Below are positions 12,730 to 25,462 of a stretch of 64,000 nucleotides of DNA, in pieces. Source of the stretch: the human T2T-CHM13v2.0 reference genome, Homo sapiens. The notes below the pieces were generated by a model, which made no database searches, had not been told where the DNA came from, and saw nothing but the letters and a program-made list of their open reading frames with translations. The first letter of the stretch is position 1; each line of letters starts with the position of its first letter. Both the position numbers and the translations under genes were made by a program. Where the stretch lies: assembly GCF_009914755.1 (NCBI RefSeq), contig NC_060932.1; one strand, given 5' to 3'.

Positions 12730-13360
12730 CTCTCTCTGGCCGCCATTCTACTTGACCTTTCTACCACGTTTGACACGATTGATCTTTCCCTCCTTTCTTG
12801 GATCCCACGACACCAAGCTCTTCAGAGTCCCCTCCTATCTCCACCCTCTTTTTCCCTCTATTTGTTTTATTTTGCCTTGGTCTTTGTTTCCGTGGCCACC
12901 TTGTATGGTTCAGCCCAAGCACTGTGCTGTGGTCTTCCTGATCTTAGCATTTCTCTGAGGGACCTCATTTGATTCCAGTCACGAAGTCTCCCCGGAACTC
13001 CAGTTGTGTTGTTTCAGCCTTCAGTTCTCTTTGGAGCTCTTAACCCCTTTCACAACTTACTTGGTGGCTCACTCTGCTTGGACATTCCAGGGTGTCTCCA
13101 TCGTAACGTGCCAGAAGCTCAGCTCCCCTTCTTCTCCCTCAAACCTGCTCTTGCTCCTTCCTTCCCTGCTTCAGTTACCTGCACCCATCCTGGGCATTTT
13201 ACAATCATGGCTCCTTAGCTTCTATAAACTGCCTCCCAAATGTCTCTTCCCTCTGCCCACTAGCCCCTGTCCTAATGTAAAAGTTCATTAATTCTGATGC
13301 AGAAAACTGCAAGAGCCTCTAAGTGGTTTTTCTCCCACCTCCACCTTTTGTATGTCTCTC
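12730..13360 (+). mobile_element. L2 fragment
   Basis: Pyrimidine-rich, L2-like motifs (cttggacattccagggtgtctc, tccctcaaacctgctcttg). Confidence 0.5.
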
Positions 13361-13372
13361 AGATACACCCCT

Positions 13373-13565
13373 CGTGTTCATTCCTATTGCTGCTGTAGTA
13401 AATCACTACACACTTTGTGGCTTAAACAACACATATTTATTATCTCATATTCCATAGTTCCATAGTCTGACAAGTATCACTGGACTACAACCAAGGTGTG
13501 TCATCAGGGTCGTGTTTCTGGCAGCTCTAGAGGAGCATCCGTTTCCTTGACTCTTTCTTGGGGAT
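13373..13565 (-). mobile_element. MLT1 LTR fragment
   Basis: ttcctattgctgctgtagtaaatcactacac...ggcttaaacaacacatatttattatctca. Confidence 0.65.
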
Positions 13566-15124
13566 CTATATAAACCCACAGAGAAGGGACCTCCTTTGCC
13601 ATTCAGTACCCAGGATCTCCTCTAAAAGGCCTTCCTTCGTGTTCAATCTGCTCACCTTAAAGAAGGAAGGGGATGGAATGCAACAAGAGCTTGTTTCTTC
13701 TTCAGAAATTAGCCATTCCTTATGACTTGAGGTCACAGCTAGATGACAGGAACTGCACATGTGTTTTATGGAATCTCAAGTCATCACCCTTTTGCCTAAC
13801 TTTCCACCAGAGAACACAGATTAGTAGGAATTTTTTTCAGTTTGCAGAGAAACAAACTGCAGTTTATAGAAGCCTGTTTAAAACTGCCTGCCTTTGCAGG
13901 CTAACCTCAAAGTAACCAAGTAAAAAGTTTAAAAATAAAAATCTTATCACCTTCAGGAGCAGGTGGTATTTTAGATATCAGCTCAAACCTTATCCAAATA
14001 GTCTCCAAAATGATTCTTCAACATGAATATTTTGAAAGAAGTGATTCTTCAAGATAGCCTTCTGCTGGAGCTCTTTGGATACATCATTCCTCCAAATCAG
14101 TTTTCTTTCCTCAAAGGCTTCTTGTTCCCCCGGACTTCTCTTTCTGCCTGTTTTTGCTGGAAACCATTGTCTTCATAACATCTTGTATCGGAATTAAGTT
14201 AAACAATGCCCTGCTCACCTACACCATCTTCATCCTCTTAACAGCCCCCTTGAAGGCTCATTAGGTCTAGACCCAAACACAGAGAGAGATGAGCTGCTTC
14301 TCTTAAGAGAGTTGATTTAAGATACAATTCTTCAAATTAACTTTTAAGTTAGAATGTTATACCTGTGACATTTCAGCCAGCAGGAGAGGTTTCCCACTAG
14401 CGAGATAATTTCTGTTGTTTTCAATTCTAACTTCAAGGTTTTGAAATTCAACCAAAACCTCAAAATGTGGCCTTTCTAGTTGAGTGTAGAAGGAGCGATG
14501 CTTCCCCTGTGTGGCAGAGTTTGATATTTCACCCTGTGGAAACCAGATTTACAGACAAAACAAAAGGGAGAAGCAAGCGCTGTTAAGAGATTTATATTTT
14601 TATTTTAAACAGCTCATATTGTAATTTTCTTTTTGGACAAAAAGCCTAGACCAAAAAGCTGATAGCAATTTTATAATATACTTAGAAAAATTTTCACTTG
14701 CTTTTCTTCTAAGTTTCAGAAGTTAGTAAGTAGCCCTCAGTCACTGTAAAAATAAAGAACATTATTTAATGTTATATAGTGCTCAAGGGGAAAGCAGTGA
14801 TAAGTTCATATATCTCTCCAGCTCTTATGTTTTATGAAATAATTATAAAAATAAAATTAAAATAATAATATCTATGCAAACAAAGTAAAATCCCCATTCT
14901 TCAGAAAATGGTATATAAGACACGCAAAAAATTGAAGTCGAAGAGTCCCAGGAGGAGAGTCAGCATCACCTGCCTAGGATGTCACTCTTCAGAACCCCTG
15001 AGACAGAGGGCAGGCTGGAGGGCCTCGTGGGTAACCCAAACGAAGACACAGGCCATGTGACAGCAGCAGCACTTATCACGGGAGATCCAAGGAGATCCAC
15101 CAGAGACACACAATTGTCTCGAGC

Positions 15125-15268
15125 CTTGTTTCTCTGAGTGTGCTCCCTGGACTAGCAACATAGGCATCCCCTGGGAGCTTCTTGGAAATACAGTGTCTCA
15201 ACCTTACCTCTGCATTTTAACAAGATCCTAGGTGATTCCTGTGCACTTTAGTGTTTGAGAAGCCCTGG
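15125..15268 (+). mobile_element. MER5-type hAT MITE
   Basis: ggactagcaacataggcatcccctgggagctt...ggtgattcctgtgcac...gtttgagaagccctg. Confidence 0.6.
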
Positions 15269-15902
15269 GATAGAACAACTGGACCAACCAAAACCCCATG
15301 AGGGAAGAGATGTCATGGTCAAAGAAAACATCTCTGATTAAAATGTGAGTCCCAGAATAAAAGAGACAAAGGCAAGTATCCAAACTGATTTGCAATCAGT
15401 TTCCCAAGGACAAGGAGTGACTTCCAGGGGTAATAGAAGCAGGGGTTCATTTACTTAGCAATGATTTTTAATTCTCCTGAGCAATCTTTGATAAGTCAAC
15501 CTGGAAGAAGTCATTGTAGGAATAGCAGTGGTGATAACAGTGGCAACACTAATATTGATAAACACCTGGTAGGCACTCAGCATTGCTGGGATCTGTGCTC
15601 AGGGTTTTATGTGCATTGTTTAATTGAACTCTGTTAACAACAGAGGTAGTGAAACTGTAGTGCACTGAGATTAGTCCTGTGCCCCAGGCAAGGAGCTAGT
15701 AGGTGGAGAAAGCAGGATTTGAACCCCAAGTTCTTAGTCTAACATGGGCTACAGCAAATTTGTGCCAGACATATACAAAACTAGCAAGGCATTTCTCAAA
15801 CTTAAGTGTATATATGACATAGCCTGAAAAGTTTGTTAAAATGCAGATCCCTGGGCCCCAGTGCCAAACTTTTGAATCAGGGAGCCTAAAGGTAGGTCTG
15901 TG

Positions 15903-16225
15903 ATTTTATTTTATTTTATATTATTTTTATTTTATTTTTTTTGGAGACAGAGTCTTGTTCTGTTGCCCAGGCTGGAGCACAGTGGTACAATTTTGACTCA
16001 CTGCAACCTGCACCTCCTGGGTTCAAGCAATTCTCATGCCTCAGCTTCCCAAGAAGCTGAGATTACAGGCATGCACCACCATACCCAGCTAATTTTTGTA
16101 TTTTTAGTAGAGACTGGGTTTCGCCATGTTGGCCAGGCTGGTCTCACACTCCTGGCCTCAAGCAATCCACCCACCTTGGCCTCCCAAAATGCTGGGATTA
16201 CAGGCATGAGCCACCACACCTGGCC
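15903..16225 (-). mobile_element. Alu (J or old S) inserted in a MER5 MITE
   Basis: Full dimeric Alu with (TTTTA)n tail; MER5-like sequence on both sides. Confidence 0.92.
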
Positions 16226-16977
16226 TGAATCTACTTTTTCAACCATTACCTCCAGGTGATTCTGAGATGAGTGGTGCAAGAATGCTGCAAAGAAACACTG
16301 CCCCAGTAACAGTGGAGAATAGCAGATTTCATCTGATTTATAGATTGAGTTCATATGTGAGATATTAGCTGCACAAAAGATTCTGCACTTTAAAGATGGT
16401 TGAAAATTGACCTTAGCTTAACATTGAGAGTTCACTACCTACCCTCTCGGGCCCATCTCCTGTCGTGCTTAGCCTAGAACACAGAATTCCACATGGAGGC
16501 TCTTGTTTTTACTGAGATACTTGGGAAAATGGCAAGAAATTTAAGGATTTAAGAATATTTCACATCAGGATTTTTGCTGTGGCTTCCTCTTAGCATTTAT
16601 CAATATCTGCAGGGCTTTCTTTTATGATGAAAAACACTACCATTTTTCTAATATTCAATTTCTCATTTTAAAATTGACATTATTTTAAATATGCTCATAC
16701 TGTTTATATCAAAACTACATCAAAGCATATAACTGTAATAAATAAGGTATCTCAAAGCATCTAAAACCTATTTGAAAACAAACTCTTTGAAAGTCAAATA
16801 TGTCAGATTCTCTTAAATACTTAAAATTTCTTAAAAGCAAACAAAATTATCATAAGGTATTACAGTAAGGAGTCACTTTAGTTGCACTAACAGTGATTTT
16901 TAAGTGCCATTAGTATAGATTTCAAAGCGCTTCTTCATAATCTCCATTCCATTCTTATTCTTATTTCTTTCTACCGG

Positions 16978-17363
16978 TACCTTATTTGGAAATAAGGTCA
17001 TTGCAATTGTAATTAGTTAAGATGAGATCATACCGGAATAGGTTGGGCCCCTTATCCAATATGACCGGTGTTCTTATAAAAGGGGGCAGTTTGGGTACAG
17101 ACACACAAGGAGAATCCATGTGAAGATGAAGGCAGAGATCCTGTTGATGATTTCACAAACCAAGGAATGTCACAAGACGGTTGGCAAACTATCAGAAGTT
17201 AGGAGAGGTGTGGAGAAGATTCTCCCTCACAGCACTAGAAGAACAAACCCCGCCAACACATCAATTTTGGATTTCTAGCCTCCAACTGTGAGACAACACA
17301 TGCCTGTTGTTTAAGCCACCCAGTTTGTGGTCCTTTGTAACAGCAGCCCTAGAAAACTGATGC
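16978..17363 (+). mobile_element. MaLR LTR (MLT1B/C), 5'-incomplete
   Basis: ccttatttggaaataaggtc...agcagccctagaaaactgatgca. Confidence 0.8.
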
Positions 17364-18755
17364 AAGTAAAACTTTCCCCACTTCATCCAGAGGAGCCGGG
17401 CAAAGACCACAAACCAGGGGATTAGGTGCAGGTTGACAGTGTGAGGACTGACACCATGGAACTGAACAAAAGATTTCTTTCTAAGCAACAGAGGATAAGG
17501 GGTGCCTCCCTGGAATTCTGATTATGGATGTGAAACTTAATGTGGCTCTGTATTTTGGAGATTTATGATCTTAGAGGACACTGTGCAAGTCAAGGATATT
17601 AAATAAACAGATTCATAACTGGGTTTCTAATGCTTTTTTATTTGCTCATTATAATAGAGGATACTTAGAATATGGACCATTTTTTAATCACTTCTAAAAC
17701 TGTAGTATTTTGAAAGCACCAAAAACCTTTAAGATGTCTTAACTCCTTAATAACTTCAAGGACTATTTACTTCTTCCCTTTTAACTTTTGTGGGTGGCTC
17801 TTCCCAGGAGTATCACCATGGAGTTCCCAAAGTGCTTGACCCTGGATTCAAATTCTCCCAGAGAAGGACTGGGCTGCCCCTGGGACATTTCTGCCCAAAT
17901 CTCTCACTCATTCTCACAGGGCCCTTTTGTGGTTACACTTTGCCTCCGGATTAAAAATGCCCTAAATTATCAGGTCTGACAAATGAGGAATGCTTTGGAT
18001 TCTTTTACAGCCCCTATCTTCTCCCAATAGTTACAACTGTTCCCAAATGTCCCATCTTCCTAAAACAGCCAAATAGGAGCCAGGGGCTTACTCCAAGAGA
18101 GGCCAGGTCCGGGTCAGCAAACCTAAAGCTTTGGTTTATTTGGTCTCTTGAAATGACATCATTTCTCCTCACTCCCCACCAAGGCCACCATACTGACAGC
18201 CTCCACATGGGCTCAGGACCTCACGTTCTACTCTTGCCAGGGTGGGGCCAACCTGCTTACCCTACCACTTAGGGAAAAGTAACAAAAGCCTTGGACCCAC
18301 TCCCCTGAACCCCCGTACTCATCCCACTCAAACCTGCAGCATTCGCTGTTTCCACTGCCTCAGCCTGTGCCCCTGCTGCCACCTACATGCCAGTCAAAGG
18401 CACTGCATCTACTGCCCTAACAGCAATCATGGCTTTTACCTTGATTCTAGAAGTCCACAGGAGGGTCAGTAAACGTGGTAGGGATGCAAGTTCTGAGCAC
18501 AAAAACAAGGGTGCTCTCCAATGTGGAGAGGTAATCTCTCCCCGTCCCCAGCCTAGCATCCCACAGAAGAGCAAGGTGCAGGTCAGTGGCCTGACAGGCC
18601 TCAGGCAATGGAGGAGGCTGTCTGTGGCTGTGGAGCTGGGATGTTGTTGACACCTGAGCCTCTAGTCATGAAGACCCTGTGAGAAACCCGAGCAGATGAT
18701 GGTTGTCAGGTTGTCTTCACAGGCAGGCACTGACTGACCTCTTCATCACAAACAT

Positions 18756-19142
18756 TGACTGGTGCTGGGGGACCCTCAGTTCACCCTCACAGGTGGGTGC
18801 TGACTGGTGATGGAGGGTCCCTCAATTCATCCTCACAGATGGGCGCTGACTGGTGATGGGGGGGTCCTCAGCTCATCCTCACAGGTGGGCGTTGACTAGT
18901 GATGGGGGGTCCTCAACTTCCTCTCAGGTGGGTACTGGTGAGGGGGGTCCCTCAATTCATCCTCACAGGTGGGTACTGTTGATGGGGGTCCCTCAGTTCA
19001 CTGTCACAGGTGGGCACTGGTGATGGTGGTCCCTTCAGTTCACTGTCACAGGTGGGCACTGGTGATGGCGGTCCCTCAGTTCACTCTCACAGGCGGGTGC
19101 TGACTGGTGATGGGAGACTCCTCGCACCTCATCCCCACAGGT
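18756..19142. repeat. Minisatellite, ~9 copies of a 41-46 bp unit
   Basis: Consensus (TG)ACTGGTGATGGGGGTCCCTCAGTTCA(T/C)CCTCACAGGTGGGY(GC), counted by eye. Confidence 0.92.
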
Positions 19143-19205
19143 AAATCCTGTTGTTTGGGTTTAATACTACCGTTTCCTCTTCCCAACCATCTTCCTTTTT
19201 TTTCT

Positions 19206-19305
19206 TTTTTTTTTAAATATATATATATATTTTTAAATTATACTTTAAGTTCTAGGGTACATGTGCATTGTAGCACTACTCACAATAGCAAAGACTTGGA
19301 ACCAA
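19206..19305 (-). mobile_element. Ultra-short L1PA insertion with 5' inversion (twin priming)
   Basis: Minus-strand L1 3' terminus and tail (19206-19267) joined to a plus-strand ORF2 piece (19268-19305); 15-bp TSD at 19191-19205 and 19306-19320 with 1 mismatch. Confidence 0.85.
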
Positions 19306-20153
19306 CTTCCTTCTTTTTCTAAAAGACCTTGCCCTGCCCCCTTGGATAGGAGAGAGCATATATCCCAATCAGACCAACCACAATGTTCTGCAGGACTTTT
19401 GTTAAATTTACTTTTATTTTTATTTATTTTAATTTTGAATGAAAGCCACCAGAGTGTGCAATCCATGGGACTGTTATGTAAAGTTCATGTGAATACTGTT
19501 CCATGCATGTGGCATCTTTGGAGAATGTGGGTCTGGACTCCAAGAAACATGTTCCCCATTTATGGAGAATGAAAGTCTATAGAAGGAGAGAACAAAAATA
19601 ACACACCAGCAGACAGAGAAAGCCAAGGGAGAGAGAGAAGGAGGGAGAGAGATGACAACCTCACTCCAATAGTCGATCTTCTCATTCCTAATCTCCTCTT
19701 TCTCAGACATTTCAAGTAATCATTTTTTGCTTAGGTTAATTTAAGTTAATTTGTGTCTCTAGAAGGCAAGGGAATCCTGCTTAGTAAGTCCAGCATGGGG
19801 AGAAGGTCTTTGGATCAGACAAGCATTAACAAGGGCTGGGAGGGGCGAGAGTACCTATCTTTCAGGGCTGCATGACTGTTCCAAGGTGGTTCTATATTTT
19901 ATCTCATTTTCTTCTCACATATCCAAGTGATTTTCACTGCTGTTAGTCTTGTTTCCAGCTGAGTATCTTGCCTAAGACCATGCAGCTAATAGTAGGCAGA
20001 GGAGTTCGCAGGGCCCTCCCACCTCACCAGTGTCCTGCAGTGAGCTTGCATGCTCATTGCCCTGCTCTGTCTCCAGAAGCTCCTAATTCCTGCCTCTGAC
20101 AAGGCTCAGGAATGAACTATTCCTTAGACCGTTGAATTAAACACTGCTTAATT

Positions 20154-20297
20154 TCTACCTGTAAGGTACATGCATGCCCCCATCCCATAAGCTTCTAATC
20201 CCCTTATTGACCTCCTACAGTAAAGGGGTCTTAGGGGCAACCTTATTGAACTATTTGAGTCAAACATTTGGTGCTACAACTTATCAGGAACTGCTGG
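20154..20297 (+). repeat. 144-bp direct duplication, copy 1
   Basis: Aligns without gaps to 21808-21951 with 9 mismatches. Confidence 0.95.
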
Positions 20298-21807
20298 TGC
20301 ATAAGGCCACTGCTTTTGCCAATCTATCCCATTGCTCACAGGGGTCCAGGTGGAGGGTGCCCTATTGCTACTGGAAATCTAGCCCTTACTGTTAGAGGCA
20401 GGATCATTTTGTTGTCTGACAGATCTTGCAATTTTAAATATTTCCTTTTCCTGAGCTATGTAACCCACCGAGGTTTCCAGGATGTATTTGGCTTGTAGTC
20501 CAAAACAACTGTTTGACATGCTGAAGAATGTTTTATCACTTCTCCAAAGAAGAAAAAGTGGATTTGATAAAGATTATTTCCCCGAGGCTCAGTGTCACTT
20601 GGTGGCTCACCTCCCATAGCTGCTACAGGCAAAATTACATCCACTTTTTAAAATATCTTCCATGACAATGTTCTCTTTGAAAAATTAGGTCTGGGCCTCT
20701 GCCAGCTGGAGATCTGATGTAACCAAAGATCTTAATCCAGCTAGAGAAAGAAATTCACTGAAAACAGAAAGCAAACTGGGGTGAATGTGCTGTTTGCATT
20801 CCTACTGAGAAATAAGATCTGACACCATGCATATCTGGGAAGGACTCCCGCCAGAGCTGTGGGAACCTTGCTTCACAATAGGAAATCTGGTTTGAGAAAG
20901 AAACCACTCTGTTTCTCTGTCTGACAAGATGGAATCCTTCATTTCCTGATGTTCTCATGTTAATCCCCTAAGCAAGACTGGCTGGCAAACAGCACTGCTG
21001 AGATGAGGGATGAAAGTTCTAGAGAGGAAATGGAGACAGTGTTAGGTGCTGGCCCCTGTCCGTGAATTCACTGTGAGTCATGTTTTTTCTCCATTTGTTC
21101 CAAACTCCAAACTGTTTGAGCAAGACAAATTAAAATTTGGGGAAATTACAAAAAATAAAACTTCAGATATCACCTCCAAAATATTAGGTGGTACCTGGCA
21201 CTCTTTTAGTAAAACTTGAATCCCTATTGAAGCTTTTTGGAAACTCTGAAATGATAGTCCTGATTAAAGCCACCCAACAAAGTTCAAAGGAGGAAGAAAA
21301 TAGTCTTTGAAATTATTAAAGAGCCAAGCCATTTGAAAACATGTCTGTACTTTCAAGATACTAAATAATTTTTAAAATAATGGTCTATATGCTCATACTT
21401 CATAAGGATATAGAATTCTTTACTATCTATTTATGAGCAAATAAAAAGCATTTTTAAAAATACGATTATAAATTTGTTCATTTAATGTTTTTCACTTCTG
21501 CATTAGTGCTTTCTAAGACCATAAATTTCCAAAATGCAGAAACACATTGAATTGAGTTTCATGTTCATAAACAATAAATACCAGGAGACACCCCTTATCA
21601 TCTGTTGCTTACAAATAAATATTTTATCCACTTAGAGAAAGAGGTACTCTGTGGCCCCCTCAGTGAGATCATCTCAACCTGCGGAGAGAAACTATTCACC
21701 TGATCCTGTAGCAGCCGTGCAGTGTTGAGAGGAAAGTTCTCTGAGTGTTTTTTTCCTGATACCTGACATCCCTCTCAAATGTATGCGTCTTAGTTTAGAA
21801 TTCCCTG

Positions 21808-21951
21808 TCTACCTGTAAGGTACGTGCATGTCCCCATCCCATAAGCTTCAAATCCCCTTGTTGACCTCCTACAGCAAAGGGGGCTTAGGGGCAACCTTAT
21901 TGAACTATTTGAATCAAACATTTGGTGCTACAACTTATTGGGAACTGCTGG
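21808..21951 (+). repeat. 144-bp direct duplication, copy 2
   Basis: Aligns without gaps to 20154-20297 with 9 mismatches; offset 1654 bp. Confidence 0.95.
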
Positions 21952-22193
21952 AATCACTGTGCCCACACAGGTCACAAGCATGCTATCCATACCTGAGCAC
22001 TGGAACCAGCCCTCAGAGCTGTGGAGCAGCTGGATGCCAGCCTTCAGCACCCATGGAGCCGCTTCTGCTAATGGCCACAGTGGAGAACTTAGAAATGAGT
22101 GATTTCTATGGTATAGGAATTATATCTCAATAAAACTGTTATTTTTTTTTCCAAAAAACATCTAGGGATTTATATTTAATATTGACTCTAAAT

Positions 22194-22380
22194 CAGTGAT
22201 CCTCAAACTCAAACAAGCATCAGCATCACCTGGAAATTTGTTCAAACACAGATTGCTGGGCCTCACCCTCACTGTTTCTGAGTCAGTAATTCTGGGGTGG
22301 TCCTGAAACTTTGCATATCCAATATGTTTCTGGGTGATTTTGATGCTGCTGCTCTGGGGGTTGCACTTTGCGAACCACTG
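22194..22380 (-). mobile_element. MER5A hAT-Charlie MITE
   Basis: CAGTG...CACTG TIRs; 8-bp TSD ctctaaat/ctctaaaa. Confidence 0.85.
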
Positions 22381-22806
22381 CTCTAAAACAGCAACTTTTT
22401 GAATCAAGAAAAGCACTTGCTACGAACCAAAGCCTGCCTCCTATTTCTGTGTGGTCTGTGGTTGGCATAGGCTGATACCTGAGAGGATAAAGAAACCAGA
22501 AGAGCAGCGAGAGTCAGCCAAGTCAAATGACCCTGTCAGCAGAACTAAAAACCATCCTGCCTCCCGACTGAAACAGTGCTGACAATAGCAAGGACAAGGT
22601 GTAGCTCCGAGAGTTGTTTATGAGCAACTGTGAACATACCTTTATAATCACTCGTCCTTAGAACTGGAAAAGCAAACAACTTTTGGGGGAACCATGTGTT
22701 CTTTTGTGGCCACAGACTAATGGAAGGAAGCCCCCATTCTCACTTATGCCTTTTTTTCAGGTAAGGGCATATCAACCTTGCAATCATATTAGAGTCTTTA
22801 TTTAAT

Positions 22807-23171
22807 TGTATTAGTCCATTCTCACACTGCTGCAAGGACATACCCAAGACTGGGTAATTTATAACGGAAAGAGGTTTAATTGACTCACAGTTCCGCAGAT
22901 CTGGGGAGGCCTCAGGAAACTTATAATCACGGTGGAAAAGGAAGCAAACTCGTCTTTCTTCAAATGGCAGCAGGAAAGAGAAATGAGTGCCCAGTAAAGG
23001 AGGAAGTCCCTTCTAAAACCATCAGATCGCATGAGAACTCACTATCACAAGAGCAGGATGGGAAAACCACCCCCATGATTCAATTATCTTCACCTGGTCC
23101 CACCCACAACATGTGGGGATTATGGGAACTACAAGATAAGATTTGGGTGGGGACACAGTCAAACCACATCA
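22807..23171 (-). mobile_element. THE1 (C/D-like) solo LTR
   Basis: tgtattagtccattctcacactgct...aaaccacatca; 5-bp TSD ttaat. Confidence 0.9.
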
Positions 23172-23309
23172 TTAATTAACATATTTCTCTTTTTTGTAAT
23201 TTTTTTGTAACAAAGTGAGAGATTCTTAACCGAAAAACTATATTATGAATTTAAACAAATGGCAGGCACTTTGGATAGCTCCCTCTCCTCACCTTTCCTC
23301 CCTTTCTGT

Positions 23310-23470
23310 GTCATGATTCCACAGCTTACCAACTGTGTGGCCCAAGCCTCAATTTTTAAATCTGTACAATGAAAGTATGATACTACTTCTGAGGGCTGTC
23401 AAGAAGATTAAATGAGATAAAGAACATTCCCAACTTAGAACGGGGCCTGCTATGCAGCAAGCCCTTCATG
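23310..23470 (+). mobile_element. MIR fragment
   Basis: agcctcaattttttaaatctgtacaatg...gagggctgtcaagaagattaaatgagataa. Confidence 0.6.
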
Positions 23471-24795
23471 TTAGTGGGTTCTGGAACCTGACTGCCTTCA
23501 AGTTCTTCAGATCCAGGAGTTGCCATCCTGTACTATAATCTCAAATAGCAGAGTCTCCTCTGCCCCACCCTGTGTGCCTATAAAAAATGACCAGTGGGGA
23601 TTTCTGGGAATCTGGGGAAAGCACAGCCATTCTCCAAATCAGTTCTGGTTGCCGTTTGTCATCTCTTGCTCCAGCCCTGTAGCCTTGTGTTTGGGTCACT
23701 GGCTACTTCTCATAGCTATTTCCTCCTCTACTTAACTGTTTTGCTCAAGGTGCTGTCCTTCTTAGGGTGTAGCCTGGAATACAGAAAGCCGCTTGGCTAT
23801 CAATATCTGATATGGCCTGTTTTTGCTTGGGCCACAGGGTCCGTAAATTACAGATTAGCGATGGTTGAGAAAGAATTTGATAGGGCTCATGGCTGCAAAT
23901 TAACAACTCACTTTAGTTTCAACTTAAAAGAATATATTAACATATAATAGGGAGCTCCCAGAATATCAGGAAGGGCAGGGAAGGAAAGCCAGAAACAATA
24001 CCCAAATTATACTGTGAGGTGTTCAGGAAAAACCCTGTAGCCACTGCCTCTGGGCACAGACACCTGAGCTCATTGTGCACACCCTCGGCCAGACACTACC
24101 TTTCAAAGATTTGTCTTTCAAAGGGTTCCTCTGCAAGCTGATCTTTCACCATCACCCTCACTTTCATTACTTCACACCATACTGCCTTCTTCACATCAGT
24201 GCTCTCTAGGTTGAAGCCACATGTGAGATTTGCAGAGTCCAAGCCATGCATCAGTGTCCTGGTGGAAAAGAAGACTGGGAACAAGAGTTTCTGGTTCTAC
24301 CATGTGGAGATGAAGCTGTAAACAGAGAGGTGTGATTCAAAGTTCTGTGAAGCAAGGAATCAAAACAAACATCCATACAGATAGACGGGCCTCAGGACAG
24401 CCTTCCAGAGTCCCTTGCACACCAGTAAGGTGAGGAGAAAGATGCTAGGAGTCCCACAAGCCTCTATGGGGCACAGGAGTACTTAGAGGGCTGGTGGATC
24501 CAAAGGGCCTGGTCGGAGCAAGGGGAGTAGAGAACACAGACGCTGATAACTGAAGTCCACTGTGGGATATTGGGACACTTCAGGCATAGATGCAAAAAGA
24601 ATAAAAGGCCAATACCCAAAGGCTACAGCACGAATACCTTGAGCAGAGGCCACATTTTGAGAAAGAGAATGGTACTTGGACCAGACACCTATCCTGGAAA
24701 CCAAGATAGTAATGGAAGCCTCTGTGAACTCTGCCACCCCAGGGGAAAGATGAAAGCACAAGGGAAGGAGAGAGCTCTGTGTGTGACAGCACATA

Positions 24796-25410
24796 TGTAG
24801 CCAAATTGCAGGGTCAGTAACTCACCACTTGCAGAGTACAATTAACAAGAGCAGGGTCTGATATAAAGAAAGCGACTTTTTATGCCATAGCTCACTTAGA
24901 GGAAGAAGTACAGGCTTCCTACCTTAAGGGTACTGCTTCCCTGCTGGGGCAGAAAGCAGGGGTTTTTAAAAGGGGGACTTGGCATGAATGACATGCAGGA
25001 CAGGGGCAAGCAGCGAGGGGTCTATGTGACTCGTTTTGGTGCCTTATCTACTGGGTGGTCGAGCTGGCACCTTTACCAGCAGAATTAGATTGTAAAATGG
25101 TTGCTGTCCCAAGGTGCTCTGCAGGTGGGAGAGAGTTTTGTAGTGGGCATACTTCGGGTTGTAAATTGACTGTTGTCTTTCAAGGCAATCTTCTGGTGGA
25201 AGAGGTTTCTGCTCTGGAGCTCCTAAGCACATAGTTAGATAAGCTTGCCCTGTATCCCTGGTGAAGGAAAGGTAAAAGGTTATAATTGCATCTCCAAAGA
25301 GCTAAGTAAGAAGTGGGGAATAGGGAAAAAGGAGGAAAGACAAAAGAAGAAAAAAATATACAAAATAACTTATTCTCTTTCTCTTAGAAAAGTAGGGGTA
25401 CTTGGTTACA
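24796..25410 (-). mobile_element. ERV1 solo LTR (LTR26-like)
   Basis: Minus strand starts TGTAACCAAGTACCCCTACTTTTCTAAGAG; TG...CA termini. Confidence 0.65.
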
Positions 25411-25462
25411 GGTAGAAAGCCCAGTGTTATATCATAAATCAGTGTTATATTGAGTGTGCAAG

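Noticed and set aside
18756-19142. CRISPR-like array
   Set aside because: Head-to-tail degenerate units with no unique spacers, in a primate genome with no cas genes.
20154-21951. 144-bp repeats as paired LTRs of a small retroelement, or as duplicated ORFs
   Set aside because: No TG...CA termini, PBS, PPT or outer TSD. The two similar ORFs (20174, 21828) simply reflect the DNA duplication and diverge outside it.
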